Below are positions 1-8,191 of a stretch of DNA of 17,635 nucleotides, one piece after another. Each line of letters begins with the position of its first letter. The first letter of the stretch is position 1. Both the position numbers and the translations under genes were made by a program. The DNA is taken from assembly GCA_964475435.1 (NCBI GenBank), contig CAYYWT010000021.1:1-17635 (forward strand), written 5' to 3'. The stretch comes from an uncultured Eubacteriales bacterium (GTDB lineage Bacteria; Bacillota; Clostridia; TANB77; RGIG9151). Below the pieces are notes generated by a model that was not told where the DNA came from, did no database searches, and was given only the letters and a program-made list of their open reading frames with translations.

Positions 1-17
1 TTTATATATCTACGCAT
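1..17 (-). CDS. 5' end (first ~5 codons, ATG CGT AGA TAT ATA..) of an unidentified gene running off the left edge
   Basis: ATG at 17-15 on the minus strand. It is preceded by GAGGTG (24-29 on plus as cacctc) at 6-nt spacing and by a near-consensus promoter. The product cannot be determined. Confidence 0.3.
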
Positions 18-56
18 TATAATCACCTCTTCATATTATATGTGCATCTACATAAC

Positions 57-85
57 ATTATACAATTAAAATCACGCTTTTGCAA
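57..85 (-). promoter_or_regulatory. Sigma-A-type promoter: TTGCAA (80-85) - 17 nt - TATAAT (57-62) with extended -10 TG (63-64)
   Basis: Minus strand reads TTGCAAaagcgtgattttaatTGTATAAT, about 40 nt upstream of the ATG at 17. The -35 hexamer lies inside copy 1 of the 32-bp tandem repeat. Confidence 0.55.
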
Positions 86-198
86 CTTATTTTTGAAGTT
101 TTATCACACTTTTGTAACCTCTCTACCTTGTTTTATCACACTTTTGCAACCTCTCCACCTTGTTTTTTCACATTTTTGTAACAACTTTAGACTATTTT
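71..198. repeat. Four direct tandem 32-bp repeats (starts 71, 103, 135, 167), core aTCACaCTTTTGyAAC
   Basis: Copies 103-134 and 135-166 are identical at 30/32 positions. The outer copies keep only the 16-nt core. Spacing is exactly 32 bp, about 3 helical turns. Confidence 0.85.
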
Positions 199-284
199 TA
201 TCCCATTAATCCTTCCGCAAGTCCCAACATCGCGATACCAACTATAGCCAAAGCAACTAAATTCTACCATATTTTTGAGAAAAA

Positions 285-320
285 ACAAAGGTATGAATAT
301 TTTTTTATTCATACCTTTGT
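285..320 (-). terminator. Rho-independent terminator of the SLH surface-protein gene
   Basis: Perfect 15-bp stem: acaaaggtatgaata (285-299) / tattcatacctttgt (306-320). On the minus strand it is followed by TTTT. It sits 45 nt after the stop at 365. Confidence 0.75.
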
Positions 321-364
321 TATCATGTGAACTCTTGAACTATAACGTTCATTATTCATATTGA

Positions 365-3300
365 TTATAACATTTCTTCATTTCCATCTAATGTTCTTAC
401 ATATCTGTGATCATTTACAGCTTCCATAATATGGCCATATGCCCAATGACTTGGTGTTAAATCTGTGAATTGTAAAACATAATTGCTTCCGCCATAATTA
501 TAATTTGTATTATAGTTATATGAGTAGTTGTAACTTCTTGTATATAACTCTCCTCTAAATAAGTAATTATTAATAATAGTTACAGCTTCTGCTCTTGTAA
601 TATTTTTATCAGGCTTAGATGTTCCATCACTATATCCATCCATAATTCCAAGTCTTAATAATTGTTCCATAGCACATCTTGCATCACTATAAGCTAAATC
701 AGAAGAATATATAAAGATTGGTTCTAAATCTTCTACATCTAAAATCGCCGCAATTGCATAAGCTAAGTCAGCTCTTGTTGCATATTGTTCAGCTCCGAAA
801 TAGTTATATCCTAAAGGATTTACATATCCTCTTTCAACACAAGCTTGAATCTTATCTGCTGCCCAGTGACCTTCTACGTCTGTAAATTGTCCTCTGTATG
901 TTGAAGTAATTCCTTCAATGTTTGCAACCATAGTAGCAAGTTCAGCTCTTGTAATGTTTCCGTTAGGTCTAAACGCTCCACTCGGATAACCTACGCAATA
1001 TGCTGCGTGTGAACCGCTACCTGAACCATCATCACAATAAATTAAGTTTCTTACTGTTGATGTATCTTTTAATGAAGAACCTGAATAAATTTTAGCAGGT
1101 ACAGTGATTATCTTTTCATTGTATTTATCACTTGTATATTGTGCTGTAAAAGATACTCTACCGTATTCACCTTTATTTAATGTTCCCAAATTCCAAGTTA
1201 CTTTCTTAGATGTAACTTTTCCGCTATCACTAGCTTCAATTCCTTCTAAGTATGTAGGTAAATCAACAACAATTTTTGCGTTTGTTACTTTTGAAGAAGA
1301 ACCGTTATAGTAGTCGATATAATATAAGATTTCTTCTTCCGGTTCAAACTTAATCTTGTCATCACCATTTCTTATTTCAACTCTTAAATCTTTTACTTTT
1401 TTATTAAGGTCACCTGTAATATCAGGATTTCCAGGATAATTATTTTTTTCTATTGTATATGTAAATCTTTCATAACTACATCTATTACCTAATTCATCAG
1501 TAGCTCTTACGTATAAATAATGTTTACCTTCTTCTGATGGAACTCTTACTGTAAATTCATCGCTATATTTCTTTTTAGCATCGTCATCATCCCAGTAATA
1601 TTCAACATAATCTATGCCATCATCATCTTCAGCAGTAATTGTAATTTTATCGCCATATTCTAATGTACCTTTACTTGGGTCTGCATCTACTGTCGGAATG
1701 TCGCCTTCATCATCATTATCGTCATCTTCTACGTAATATGTATATATTCCACTTGTACTATTGCCGGTAGCATCAGTTACCGTGATATACATATAATATG
1801 TTCCCGCTTTTGAAGAAATTGCAGGTAATTCAATTACTTCATATGTTCCGGAAATAGTTTCTTTTGTAACTGTTTTACCTTTCCAGTTATACTCTACCTT
1901 TGCAAGTTCTGAGTCATCTCTTAATGTTGCTTTTATTACTTTACCTCCAACTACTGTTGAACCACTTTTTGGGTTCACAGAAATCGTAGGTTTTTCATTG
2001 TCAAGTACATTATATGTAAAATCTTTTTTGGTTTCGTTTCCAGATTTATCGTATGCAAATGTGTATAAAATGTGCTTTCCAACAGTTGAAGGCGCATCAA
2101 CAGTTATACTATATGTTTTTCCTGAAATGGTCTTAGTTGTTGCCTCTTCATCGTCCCAATAATATCCAACAGTCATTAAGCTTACATCGTCTGTCGCTGT
2201 AATTGTAATATTAGCTGAAGGCTCAATATTACCCGAACTTGGATTAGCTTTTATTGTAGGAGCATTATTATCTACTTCTTCTGTAGCTTTTACGTAGTAA
2301 ACAAATGTTTTTACTCCGCTTTCGTTTCCGGCTTGGTCTGTTGCTAATACTCTTAATGTATGTGTTCCTACTGTTGATGGAACTGTTACATCAAATGTTT
2401 TACTTGTTCCGCTTACGTTTGACACTGTTTTATAGCTTGTTGTGCTATCCCAACTGTATTTTCCGCTCTTTAATGCTTTATTATCTTTTAAGATTACTGT
2501 TATCGTTTGTCCAGCCGATACATTACTTCCTCCAGCAACGCTTACACCAACTTGAGGAGCTTCTGTATCTACTTCTTCATTACCCCTTACGTAGTAAATA
2601 AAAGTTTTAGATGTTTCAACTCCGGCTTCGTTTTTAGCTGTTATTACTACTGTATATTTTTGAACTAAATTAAAGTTAGTTAATCTAATTTCCCAAGTAC
2701 GATTTGCTACTTTTCCGTCTTTTTCTGTAATCTTTTGATAAATTCCATTACAATCATAAGACGCTTCTACTATATCGTTTCCGCTATCTTTTATTGTAAA
2801 AGTTACCGTTGTTAATAAATCTATTGTACTTCCACTAGCATAATCCGCTGTAATTACAGGAGTCGTAATAACTTTTTCTTCTACTTCTATTGTATATTCA
2901 AAAGTCGTTTCATTTCCAGAAGTATCTTTGGCAATAACTCTTAATACTTGTGTTTTTGTTGTTGAAGGCAATTCTAATTCAAAAGTTTTGCTCTTTCCGC
3001 TTACACCGGATACTGCTTTATAATTTGTTGTACTATTCCAACTATATTTTATACTTGCTAATTCTATATTATCTGTTACTTTTACTGTCACTGTTTCATC
3101 TTTTACAGATGCTGTTACCTTAGGAACTTCTGTATCTTTTACAGTTGTATCTTTTACATAGTATATCAATCTTTTGGTTGCTTCAACGCCATCAGCATTT
3201 TTAGCCTTAACATCAATTATATATGTTTTTTCTAAATTAAAGTTTTTAATATTAAATATTACCTTTTTATTGGCATTATTTGTAACTTTATCAGAAATAC

Positions 3301-3829
3301 CGTTATTTATTGTATATGAAGCTTCTACGATATTGCTCTCATCTTCTGTAATTGTTACAACTACAGTAGAATTAAGTTCAATCGTACTTCCGCTTTTAAT
3401 ACTTGCAGTAATTTCAGGAGCTGATGTATCTCCTTGTATATAATATGTATACTCATCAATTGTAGATAATCCAGCACCATTTTTTACTTCTATATGGAAC
3501 TTATATTCTCCCGGTTTTGATGGCGCAGCAGGAGTCATACCATAATAAGGATTTCTATTAACTAAGTTAGAAAATTCAATTTTCTTCGTACCGTCAACCA
3601 TTGTACGAGCTGAGTCATTATTAGCCCAATAATAGCTTATATCCTTTATATAACTTTCATCATCCTTAACTGTAAATGTAAAAGTAGACTTTGCTTCAAT
3701 TATACTACCTGAACTTTTTCCCATCGAAATCGAAGGAGCGGTAGTATCTGTTACAGCCATCGCATTACCTGTAAACAATACCGTTGCTACCAACATTATT
3801 AAAAATACTTTACTAATAAATGTTTTCAT
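365..3829 (-). CDS. Large secreted cell-surface protein: signal peptide, 8 Ig-like ~95-aa repeats, DUF11-like beta domain, C-terminal SLH (S-layer homology) repeats
   Basis: N-terminus MKTFISKVFLIMLVATVLFTGNAMA is signal-peptide-like. AGGAGG lies 8 nt upstream of the ATG. The recurring module is D(T/N)xAPxI..SGS..(T/K)DD..I....Y.W....G.H.L.V.A.D..GN. SLH motifs are FTDVEGHWA, ITRAELA, ITRAEAV and FTDLTPSHWA. Confidence 0.9.
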   Translation of the reverse strand: MKTFISKVFLIMLVATVLFTGNAMAVTDTTAPSISMGKSSGSIIEAKSTFTFTVKDDESYIKDISYYWANNDSARTMVDGTKKIEFSNLVNRNPYYGMTPAAPSKPGEYKFHIEVKNGAGLSTIDEYTYYIQGDTSAPEITASIKSGSTIELNSTVVVTITEDESNIVEASYTINNGISDKVTNNANKKVIFNIKNFNLEKTYIIDVKAKNADGVEATKRLIYYVKDTTVKDTEVPKVTASVKDETVTVKVTDNIELASIKYSWNSTTNYKAVSGVSGKSKTFELELPSTTKTQVLRVIAKDTSGNETTFEYTIEVEEKVITTPVITADYASGSTIDLLTTVTFTIKDSGNDIVEASYDCNGIYQKITEKDGKVANRTWEIRLTNFNLVQKYTVVITAKNEAGVETSKTFIYYVRGNEEVDTEAPQVGVSVAGGSNVSAGQTITVILKDNKALKSGKYSWDSTTSYKTVSNVSGTSKTFDVTVPSTVGTHTLRVLATDQAGNESGVKTFVYYVKATEEVDNNAPTIKANPSSGNIEPSANITITATDDVSLMTVGYYWDDEEATTKTISGKTYSITVDAPSTVGKHILYTFAYDKSGNETKKDFTYNVLDNEKPTISVNPKSGSTVVGGKVIKATLRDDSELAKVEYNWKGKTVTKETISGTYEVIELPAISSKAGTYYMYITVTDATGNSTSGIYTYYVEDDDNDDEGDIPTVDADPSKGTLEYGDKITITAEDDDGIDYVEYYWDDDDAKKKYSDEFTVRVPSEEGKHYLYVRATDELGNRCSYERFTYTIEKNNYPGNPDITGDLNKKVKDLRVEIRNGDDKIKFEPEEEILYYIDYYNGSSSKVTNAKIVVDLPTYLEGIEASDSGKVTSKKVTWNLGTLNKGEYGRVSFTAQYTSDKYNEKIITVPAKIYSGSSLKDTSTVRNLIYCDDGSGSGSHAAYCVGYPSGAFRPNGNITRAELATMVANIEGITSTYRGQFTDVEGHWAADKIQACVERGYVNPLGYNYFGAEQYATRADLAYAIAAILDVEDLEPIFIYSSDLAYSDARCAMEQLLRLGIMDGYSDGTSKPDKNITRAEAVTIINNYLFRGELYTRSYNYSYNYNTNYNYGGSNYVLQFTDLTPSHWAYGHIMEAVNDHRYVRTLDGNEEML

Positions 3830-3869
3830 TTTTTTACCTCCTAAATAGAATTCACATAATTACTTTATT

Positions 3870-3898
3870 AGTTTAACACATATTATAATTTTTTGCAA
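3870..3898 (-). promoter_or_regulatory. Candidate sigma-A promoter of the surface-protein gene: TTGCAA (3893-3898) - 17 nt - TAAACT (3870-3875)
   Basis: Hexamers and spacing read from the minus strand. This would give a ~35-nt 5' UTR. Confidence 0.4.
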
Positions 3899-4015
3899 CA
3901 CTTTTATGTAAACTTATTTAAAATTAAATCCATAATTACTAAATATCTATTTTTTATTAAAATCATTACTAATTATACTATTCTATTAAAGTTTTAATTT
4001 ACACAACTAAATTTA

Positions 4016-5335
4016 TTATTGCTTTATTAACGAAATCGCATCAGTCGCAGTTACTAACTTTTGTTTACCGGAAATCATATTTTTTACCGTAACCATTCCA
4101 TTTTTTCTCTCATCCTCACCTATAATTACAACAAAAGGAATTTGAAGTTTATCTGCATATTTCATCTTAGCCTTCATTTTCTTATCTTGTAAATAAACCT
4201 CGGCGTTTATACCATTCTCTCTAAACAAAGTCGCAACCCTCAAGCAGTCACTTATCTCATTATCCATAGAGATAATCAAAACATCAGCAATCGACTTTTT
4301 ATCACAATTTATTAAACCAGCTTCATTCAATTGGTAAAACAACCTAGTAAGACCAATCGAAATTCCGACACCCGGCAATTTTTTATTGGTATAATATTCA
4401 GCTAAATTATCATACCTTCCGCCCGAACAAACACTTCCTAAACTGCGATAATTAGTTAAAAATGTTTCATATACCGTACCCGTATAATAATCAAGACCTC
4501 TTGCAATTTTTAAATCAATAGTAAAATGAGTATCAGGCACATTCAAAACTCTAATATACTTTACTACTTCTTTTAATTCATTTAATCCTTCTGTAAAAAG
4601 TTCATCTTCTACGCCTAAATTATCTAACGCAAGTAGCTTTTCGTCCGTCGTTCCCTCAATAAGCACAAAATCTTTTATAGTATTTATAGCTTCTTTACCT
4701 ATATTAAGTTTTTCAAGTTCTTCACATACAGCCTCTACTCCGATTTTATCTAATTTATCTATAATTCTCATAACATCCATGGAAACATCAGATAAACCAA
4801 GGTGTCTAAAAATACCGTTTAAAATTTTTCTATTATTTATACAAATAACAAACTCAGAAAAGCCAAGTTCTCTAAAAGTATTATAAATAACACTAGGCAT
4901 TTCGGCATCATTAATAATAGAAAGCTCGCCGTCTCCGATAATATCAATATCACATTGATAGAACTCCCTAAAACGCCCCTTTTGAGGTCTCTCTCCTCTA
5001 TATACCTTACCGATTTGGTATCTTCTAAACGGAAATCCAAGCTCACCATAATGCTCCGCAACAAACTTAGCCAAAGGCACAGTTAAATCAAACCTCATAA
5101 CTAAATCATTATCTCCCTTAGAAAATTTATAAATTTGTTTCTCCGTTTCACCGCCAGCTTTAGCAAGTAATACTTCTCCAAGCTCTAAGATAGGCGTATC
5201 AAGCGGTAAAAAGCCAAATCTTTCATATGATTTTTGAATTTTTTCTTTCATTTGATTAAATAAAATTTGCTCATTAGGAAGTAATTCCATAAATCCGGGC
5301 AAAGTTCTCGGTTCAATCCTCTTTACATCGCTCAT
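4016..5335 (-). CDS. hisS: Histidine--tRNA ligase (class II aaRS, with C-terminal anticodon-binding domain)
   Basis: Motifs: KQIYKFSKGDNDLVMRFDLTVP, RRYQIGKVYRGERPQKGRFREFYQCDIDIIG, and GGRYD (in SVCSGGRYDNLAEYY). Start chosen at MSDVKR (ATG 5335) because AAGGAG lies 7 nt upstream. The longer ORF to 5398 would swallow its own promoter. Confidence 0.95.
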   Translation of the reverse strand: MSDVKRIEPRTLPGFMELLPNEQILFNQMKEKIQKSYERFGFLPLDTPILELGEVLLAKAGGETEKQIYKFSKGDNDLVMRFDLTVPLAKFVAEHYGELGFPFRRYQIGKVYRGERPQKGRFREFYQCDIDIIGDGELSIINDAEMPSVIYNTFRELGFSEFVICINNRKILNGIFRHLGLSDVSMDVMRIIDKLDKIGVEAVCEELEKLNIGKEAINTIKDFVLIEGTTDEKLLALDNLGVEDELFTEGLNELKEVVKYIRVLNVPDTHFTIDLKIARGLDYYTGTVYETFLTNYRSLGSVCSGGRYDNLAEYYTNKKLPGVGISIGLTRLFYQLNEAGLINCDKKSIADVLIISMDNEISDCLRVATLFRENGINAEVYLQDKKMKAKMKYADKLQIPFVVIIGEDERKNGMVTVKNMISGKQKLVTATDAISLIKQ

Positions 5336-5369
5336 AAAAAAATCTCCTTTGCTAAAAATATACATATTA

Positions 5370-5398
5370 TTTATACCACATTTGGCAATGTCCGTCAA
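5370..5398 (-). promoter_or_regulatory. hisS promoter: TTGACG (5393-5398) - 17 nt - TATAAA (5370-5375)
   Basis: Read directly on the minus strand. This leaves only a ~30-nt leader. Confidence 0.55.
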
Positions 5399-5599
5399 TG
5401 TAACCGATTTATATTCTAGCCAAAAATTGTAAAATTCAAAATTTATCGTTGCTAAATCTAAAAAAGGGGGCTGTAAAAAAATAAGTTGTAACTTAACAAA
5501 TCTAATAATAAATTCTTCAAATTCGTTCTAAAACTAACATCTCCATCATAAATTGCATTAGAAAAAACAAGCCGAATATCGGCAGAATGGAGATGACTT

Positions 5600-7117
5600 A
5601 TGATAGACTTAACCCATAACTCAATTACACTAAATCAAACTTATCCGGAAGTAAATGACTCATTCTTTATCGAAGGAGACGTCATAATTCCGGACGTAAA
5701 ACCGGATGTCGATTCGGTACTTTTTGTAGACGCTTTACCTGTCATAAATGACTACTCGGTAAACTCCGGACAAATAACATTTTCCGGTGATTGTGAATTT
5801 AACATTCTATATGTTTCAAATGAAACGCCAAGCGAAATAATTCGAATTTCAACATCAATACCGTTCAAAAATACATTTGCGGCCAAAAATCTAACTTCAG
5901 ACTCTTGTGTAAACTTAACCATAACTCCTCAAAAAGTATCTTCCTTAATTTTAAACGGTAGAAAACTAAGTGTTTCCTCAGAACTAAATGCAAATCTAAA
6001 ATATTCAAATCAAAATAATATAACCTACATTGAGTCCGCAGGAGATAATGAAACAATTAAAGTACTTAATTCAACCAAAACAATTCCCACTTTCTTAGGA
6101 GAAACATCAAGCAAAACAACATTAAAAGATACTGCAATGTTACCAACAGACTTGCCAAACATAAAAGACATAATAAAATACGACAGTACCGTAAGTAACG
6201 AAGAAAATGTAATATCTGACGGAAAAATAATTATAAAAGCTGACTTTAATATAAAAATCTATTATACAACTGATAATTCAAACGAAATATCAATATTTGA
6301 AACTACTATTCCGTTTTCAACCTTTATAGATATAAACGGAATTAACGAAGACGATTTTACAGAAGTAATCAACACTATTAAAAATGTAGGATTAAAAATA
6401 CTTCCTGACTCTGACGAACTAATGAGAGTAATTGAAGTTGACACAGAAATAGAAACAAACGCAAAAGCATTTCAAAACTCAGATATAAATGTAATAGAAG
6501 ATATATACGATACAACTAGAAATTTATTACCTCAAAGAGACGAAATATTCTATGAAACAAATAGTCCACTTCAAAGTGAAGACATATCTTTAAGAGACTC
6601 CATATCCATTCCGGAAGATGAAGAAATAAAAATTCTTTCATCTTTTGCAAGAATAAAAAGTCTAAACTTAGAAAAAGAAAACAATAATAATATGTTAAAA
6701 GGAGTAATAGACGTAACAATACTATATTCTGTTCCATCAAGCGGAAGAATAAACAGTGTTACATTAGATATGCCATTAGAACATGTCCTATCCTCTGATA
6801 TAGACATATTGTCAAACGCTTCGATAACAAGCATTGAAGTTACTCCAAACGGGCAAGATAAATATGACATAAAAATATCAATGACAATTTCCGGATATAA
6901 AAACTCGTCAAACCAGCTTTCATTGCTACGTGACGTAATAGAAATGGAAGAATTACCACTTATAAATTCGGGTATAACAATATATTTCGTAAAACCCGGA
7001 GACACACTTTGGAAAATAGCAAAGCGCTTTTATACAACAATAGATAAATTGGTAAAAATAAACAACATTCAAAATCCTGACGTATTAGACGTAGGAAAAG
7101 CATTAGTAATCAGCTAA
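5600..7117 (+). CDS. DUF3794 (SPOCS) repeat protein with C-terminal LysM domain, SipL/SpoVID-like
   Basis: The N-terminus (..IEGDVIIPDVKPDVDSVLFVDALPVINDYSV..GQITFSGDCEFNILY) fits the DUF3794 pattern. The C-terminus YFVKPGDTLWKIAKRFYTTIDKLVKINNIQNPDVLDVGKALVI is a LysM domain. GGAG lies 7 nt upstream of the ATG. Confidence 0.85.
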   Translation: MIDLTHNSITLNQTYPEVNDSFFIEGDVIIPDVKPDVDSVLFVDALPVINDYSVNSGQITFSGDCEFNILYVSNETPSEIIRISTSIPFKNTFAAKNLTSDSCVNLTITPQKVSSLILNGRKLSVSSELNANLKYSNQNNITYIESAGDNETIKVLNSTKTIPTFLGETSSKTTLKDTAMLPTDLPNIKDIIKYDSTVSNEENVISDGKIIIKADFNIKIYYTTDNSNEISIFETTIPFSTFIDINGINEDDFTEVINTIKNVGLKILPDSDELMRVIEVDTEIETNAKAFQNSDINVIEDIYDTTRNLLPQRDEIFYETNSPLQSEDISLRDSISIPEDEEIKILSSFARIKSLNLEKENNNNMLKGVIDVTILYSVPSSGRINSVTLDMPLEHVLSSDIDILSNASITSIEVTPNGQDKYDIKISMTISGYKNSSNQLSLLRDVIEMEELPLINSGITIYFVKPGDTLWKIAKRFYTTIDKLVKINNIQNPDVLDVGKALVIS

Positions 7118-7122
7118 AAAAT

Positions 7123-7360
7123 AAAAGAGGCTGTAAAAAAATCATAAAATTCATAACGTATTGTACTGTACCTCGCTCACCAAAAATATTTTTTGTGGAA
7201 AGTGTAGAGTTAATTTAAAGTACGGAACGGAGCTTACGCTCACATCCTGGGCAACTTTAAAATGTGTTCTACATAGAGGGACAAAAAAGCAATTTTTGTT
7301 TCGCTTGGTACAGTACAATACGTTATTTAAATGATAACCGATTTTTTTACAGCCTCTTTT
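7123..7360. repeat. 238-bp long palindromic intergenic element (repeat family copy a), probable bidirectional terminator between convergent genes
   Basis: Perfect 21-bp outer arms: aaaagaggctgtaaaaaaatc (7123-7143) / gatttttttacagcctctttt (7340-7360). Perfect 20-bp inner arms: ataacgtattgtactgtacc (7153-7172) / ggtacagtacaatacgttat (7307-7326). Further imperfect pairing occurs inside. Confidence 0.8.
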
Positions 7361-7686
7361 TATGCCACTTTTATTCCTGTATCAATAACCTCTCTAATAA
7401 AAGGCGTTCTCGCTTCTTTATAATCTTGTATTCTTATTAAATGTGGCTCAATCCTTGTATCTATACTTCGTCTTAAGCGCATCAAATTTAATTCTTCATC
7501 AATTATATCATTATTAAAATCGTCTGTTATAACAGCAATATCAATATCACTATCATCGTTACTTGTTCCTTTAGCATAAGAGCCAAACAAAATAATTGCA
7601 TACACATTATAATTTTCACAAATCGTTTCAACATATTTTTGAACTATTTCCATTATCATTCCGTCAGTATTAACTTTTTCAGCCAT
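7360..7686 (-). CDS. Minimal nucleotidyltransferase (MNT, pol-beta superfamily), partner of the adjacent HEPN protein
   Basis: Contains the GSxxxG..DxD signature: ILFGSYAKGTSNDDSDIDIAVI. GGAGGT lies 6 nt upstream of ATG 7686. An alternative ATG at 7659 forms an ATGA overlap with the HEPN stop. Confidence 0.85.
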   Translation of the reverse strand: MAEKVNTDGMIMEIVQKYVETICENYNVYAIILFGSYAKGTSNDDSDIDIAVITDDFNNDIIDEELNLMRLRRSIDTRIEPHLIRIQDYKEARTPFIREVIDTGIKVA

Positions 7687-8057
7687 ATTCTTACCTCCTC
7701 AATATTTTTTATTTGTTCTAATGTGTATTCATCAGTACATTTTACATAGAATTCTCGTTTATAATCATCATATCTTGCACTCATATTAAATTTGGTAATT
7801 ATATCCAATAAATCTTCTTGCTTTTCAGTCAATTTTAGTCCAATTTTCCCGGCTAAATACAGTAAATCATGGCTTTTGGGGGCATATGCAGCATTTTTAT
7901 TTTGCTTAGCATAAAGAGCTTTTAATAACTTTTCTATTACTAAATGTCCAAAAAATAAACAATAGCTATTCTTCTTATTATTATACAATACTCTCATTAC
8001 ATTATAATCTTCTTCTGAACTTTCAAGCCAAAAATTCATCAAATCAATATTGTTCAT
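7656..8057 (-). CDS. HEPN domain protein (PF05168-like)
   Basis: Contains ..GHLVIEKLLKALYAKQ..KSHDLLYLAGKIGL..ARYDDY.., which is typical of HEPN helices. Start chosen at MNNIDLMNFW (ATG 8057), which has GGGGGAG just upstream. It overlaps the MNT gene by 31 nt. Confidence 0.75.
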   Translation of the reverse strand: MNNIDLMNFWLESSEEDYNVMRVLYNNKKNSYCLFFGHLVIEKLLKALYAKQNKNAAYAPKSHDLLYLAGKIGLKLTEKQEDLLDIITKFNMSARYDDYKREFYVKCTDEYTLEQIKNIEEVRIWLKKLILTE

Positions 8058-8191
8058 AACGCTCCCCCAACTTATTATATAATTAACTCGATAAAACAAT
8101 TATATCATAAAAGTTAATACTTTCACACTAATTTGAATAATTTTTTACCACATATTAAAAATATCATCCCAAAACAAAATTAAATTTAACT

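Noticed and set aside
71-198. Possible CRISPR array (regularly spaced repeats)
   Set aside because: The period is only 32 bp with no unique spacers. The whole 32-bp unit is repeated, there are only four copies, and there are no cas genes. This is a tandem repeat, not a CRISPR array.
1104-3443. Plus-strand ORFs 1104-1310, 2305-2601 and 3174-3443 inside the surface-protein gene
   Set aside because: They are antisense to a long, well-supported CDS. Their translations are low-complexity and Leu/Phe-rich, there is no RBS, and they arise from AT-rich repeat DNA.
5336-5599. T-box leader upstream of hisS
   Set aside because: A good TTGACG-17-TATAAA promoter leaves only a ~30-nt 5' UTR. No T-box consensus (..GGTGGTACCGCG..) or specifier/antiterminator structure occurs on the minus strand.
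4837-7005. Nested or antisense ORFs (4837-5064, 5865-6056, 6262-6444, 6516-6740, 6571-7005)
   Set aside because: They lie inside or opposite hisS and the DUF3794-LysM gene. They have no recognisable domains or RBS and show typical shadow-ORF composition.
7123-7360. Known structured RNA (6S RNA, SRP RNA, tmRNA or retron msr-msd) between the convergent genes
   Set aside because: A long imperfect hairpin resembles 6S superficially. However, the perfect A/T-run-containing 21-bp ends, the related truncated copy at 8639-8730, the lack of SRP/tmRNA conserved motifs and the absence of any adjacent RT argue for a repeat element. This was not verifiable without a covariance-model search.
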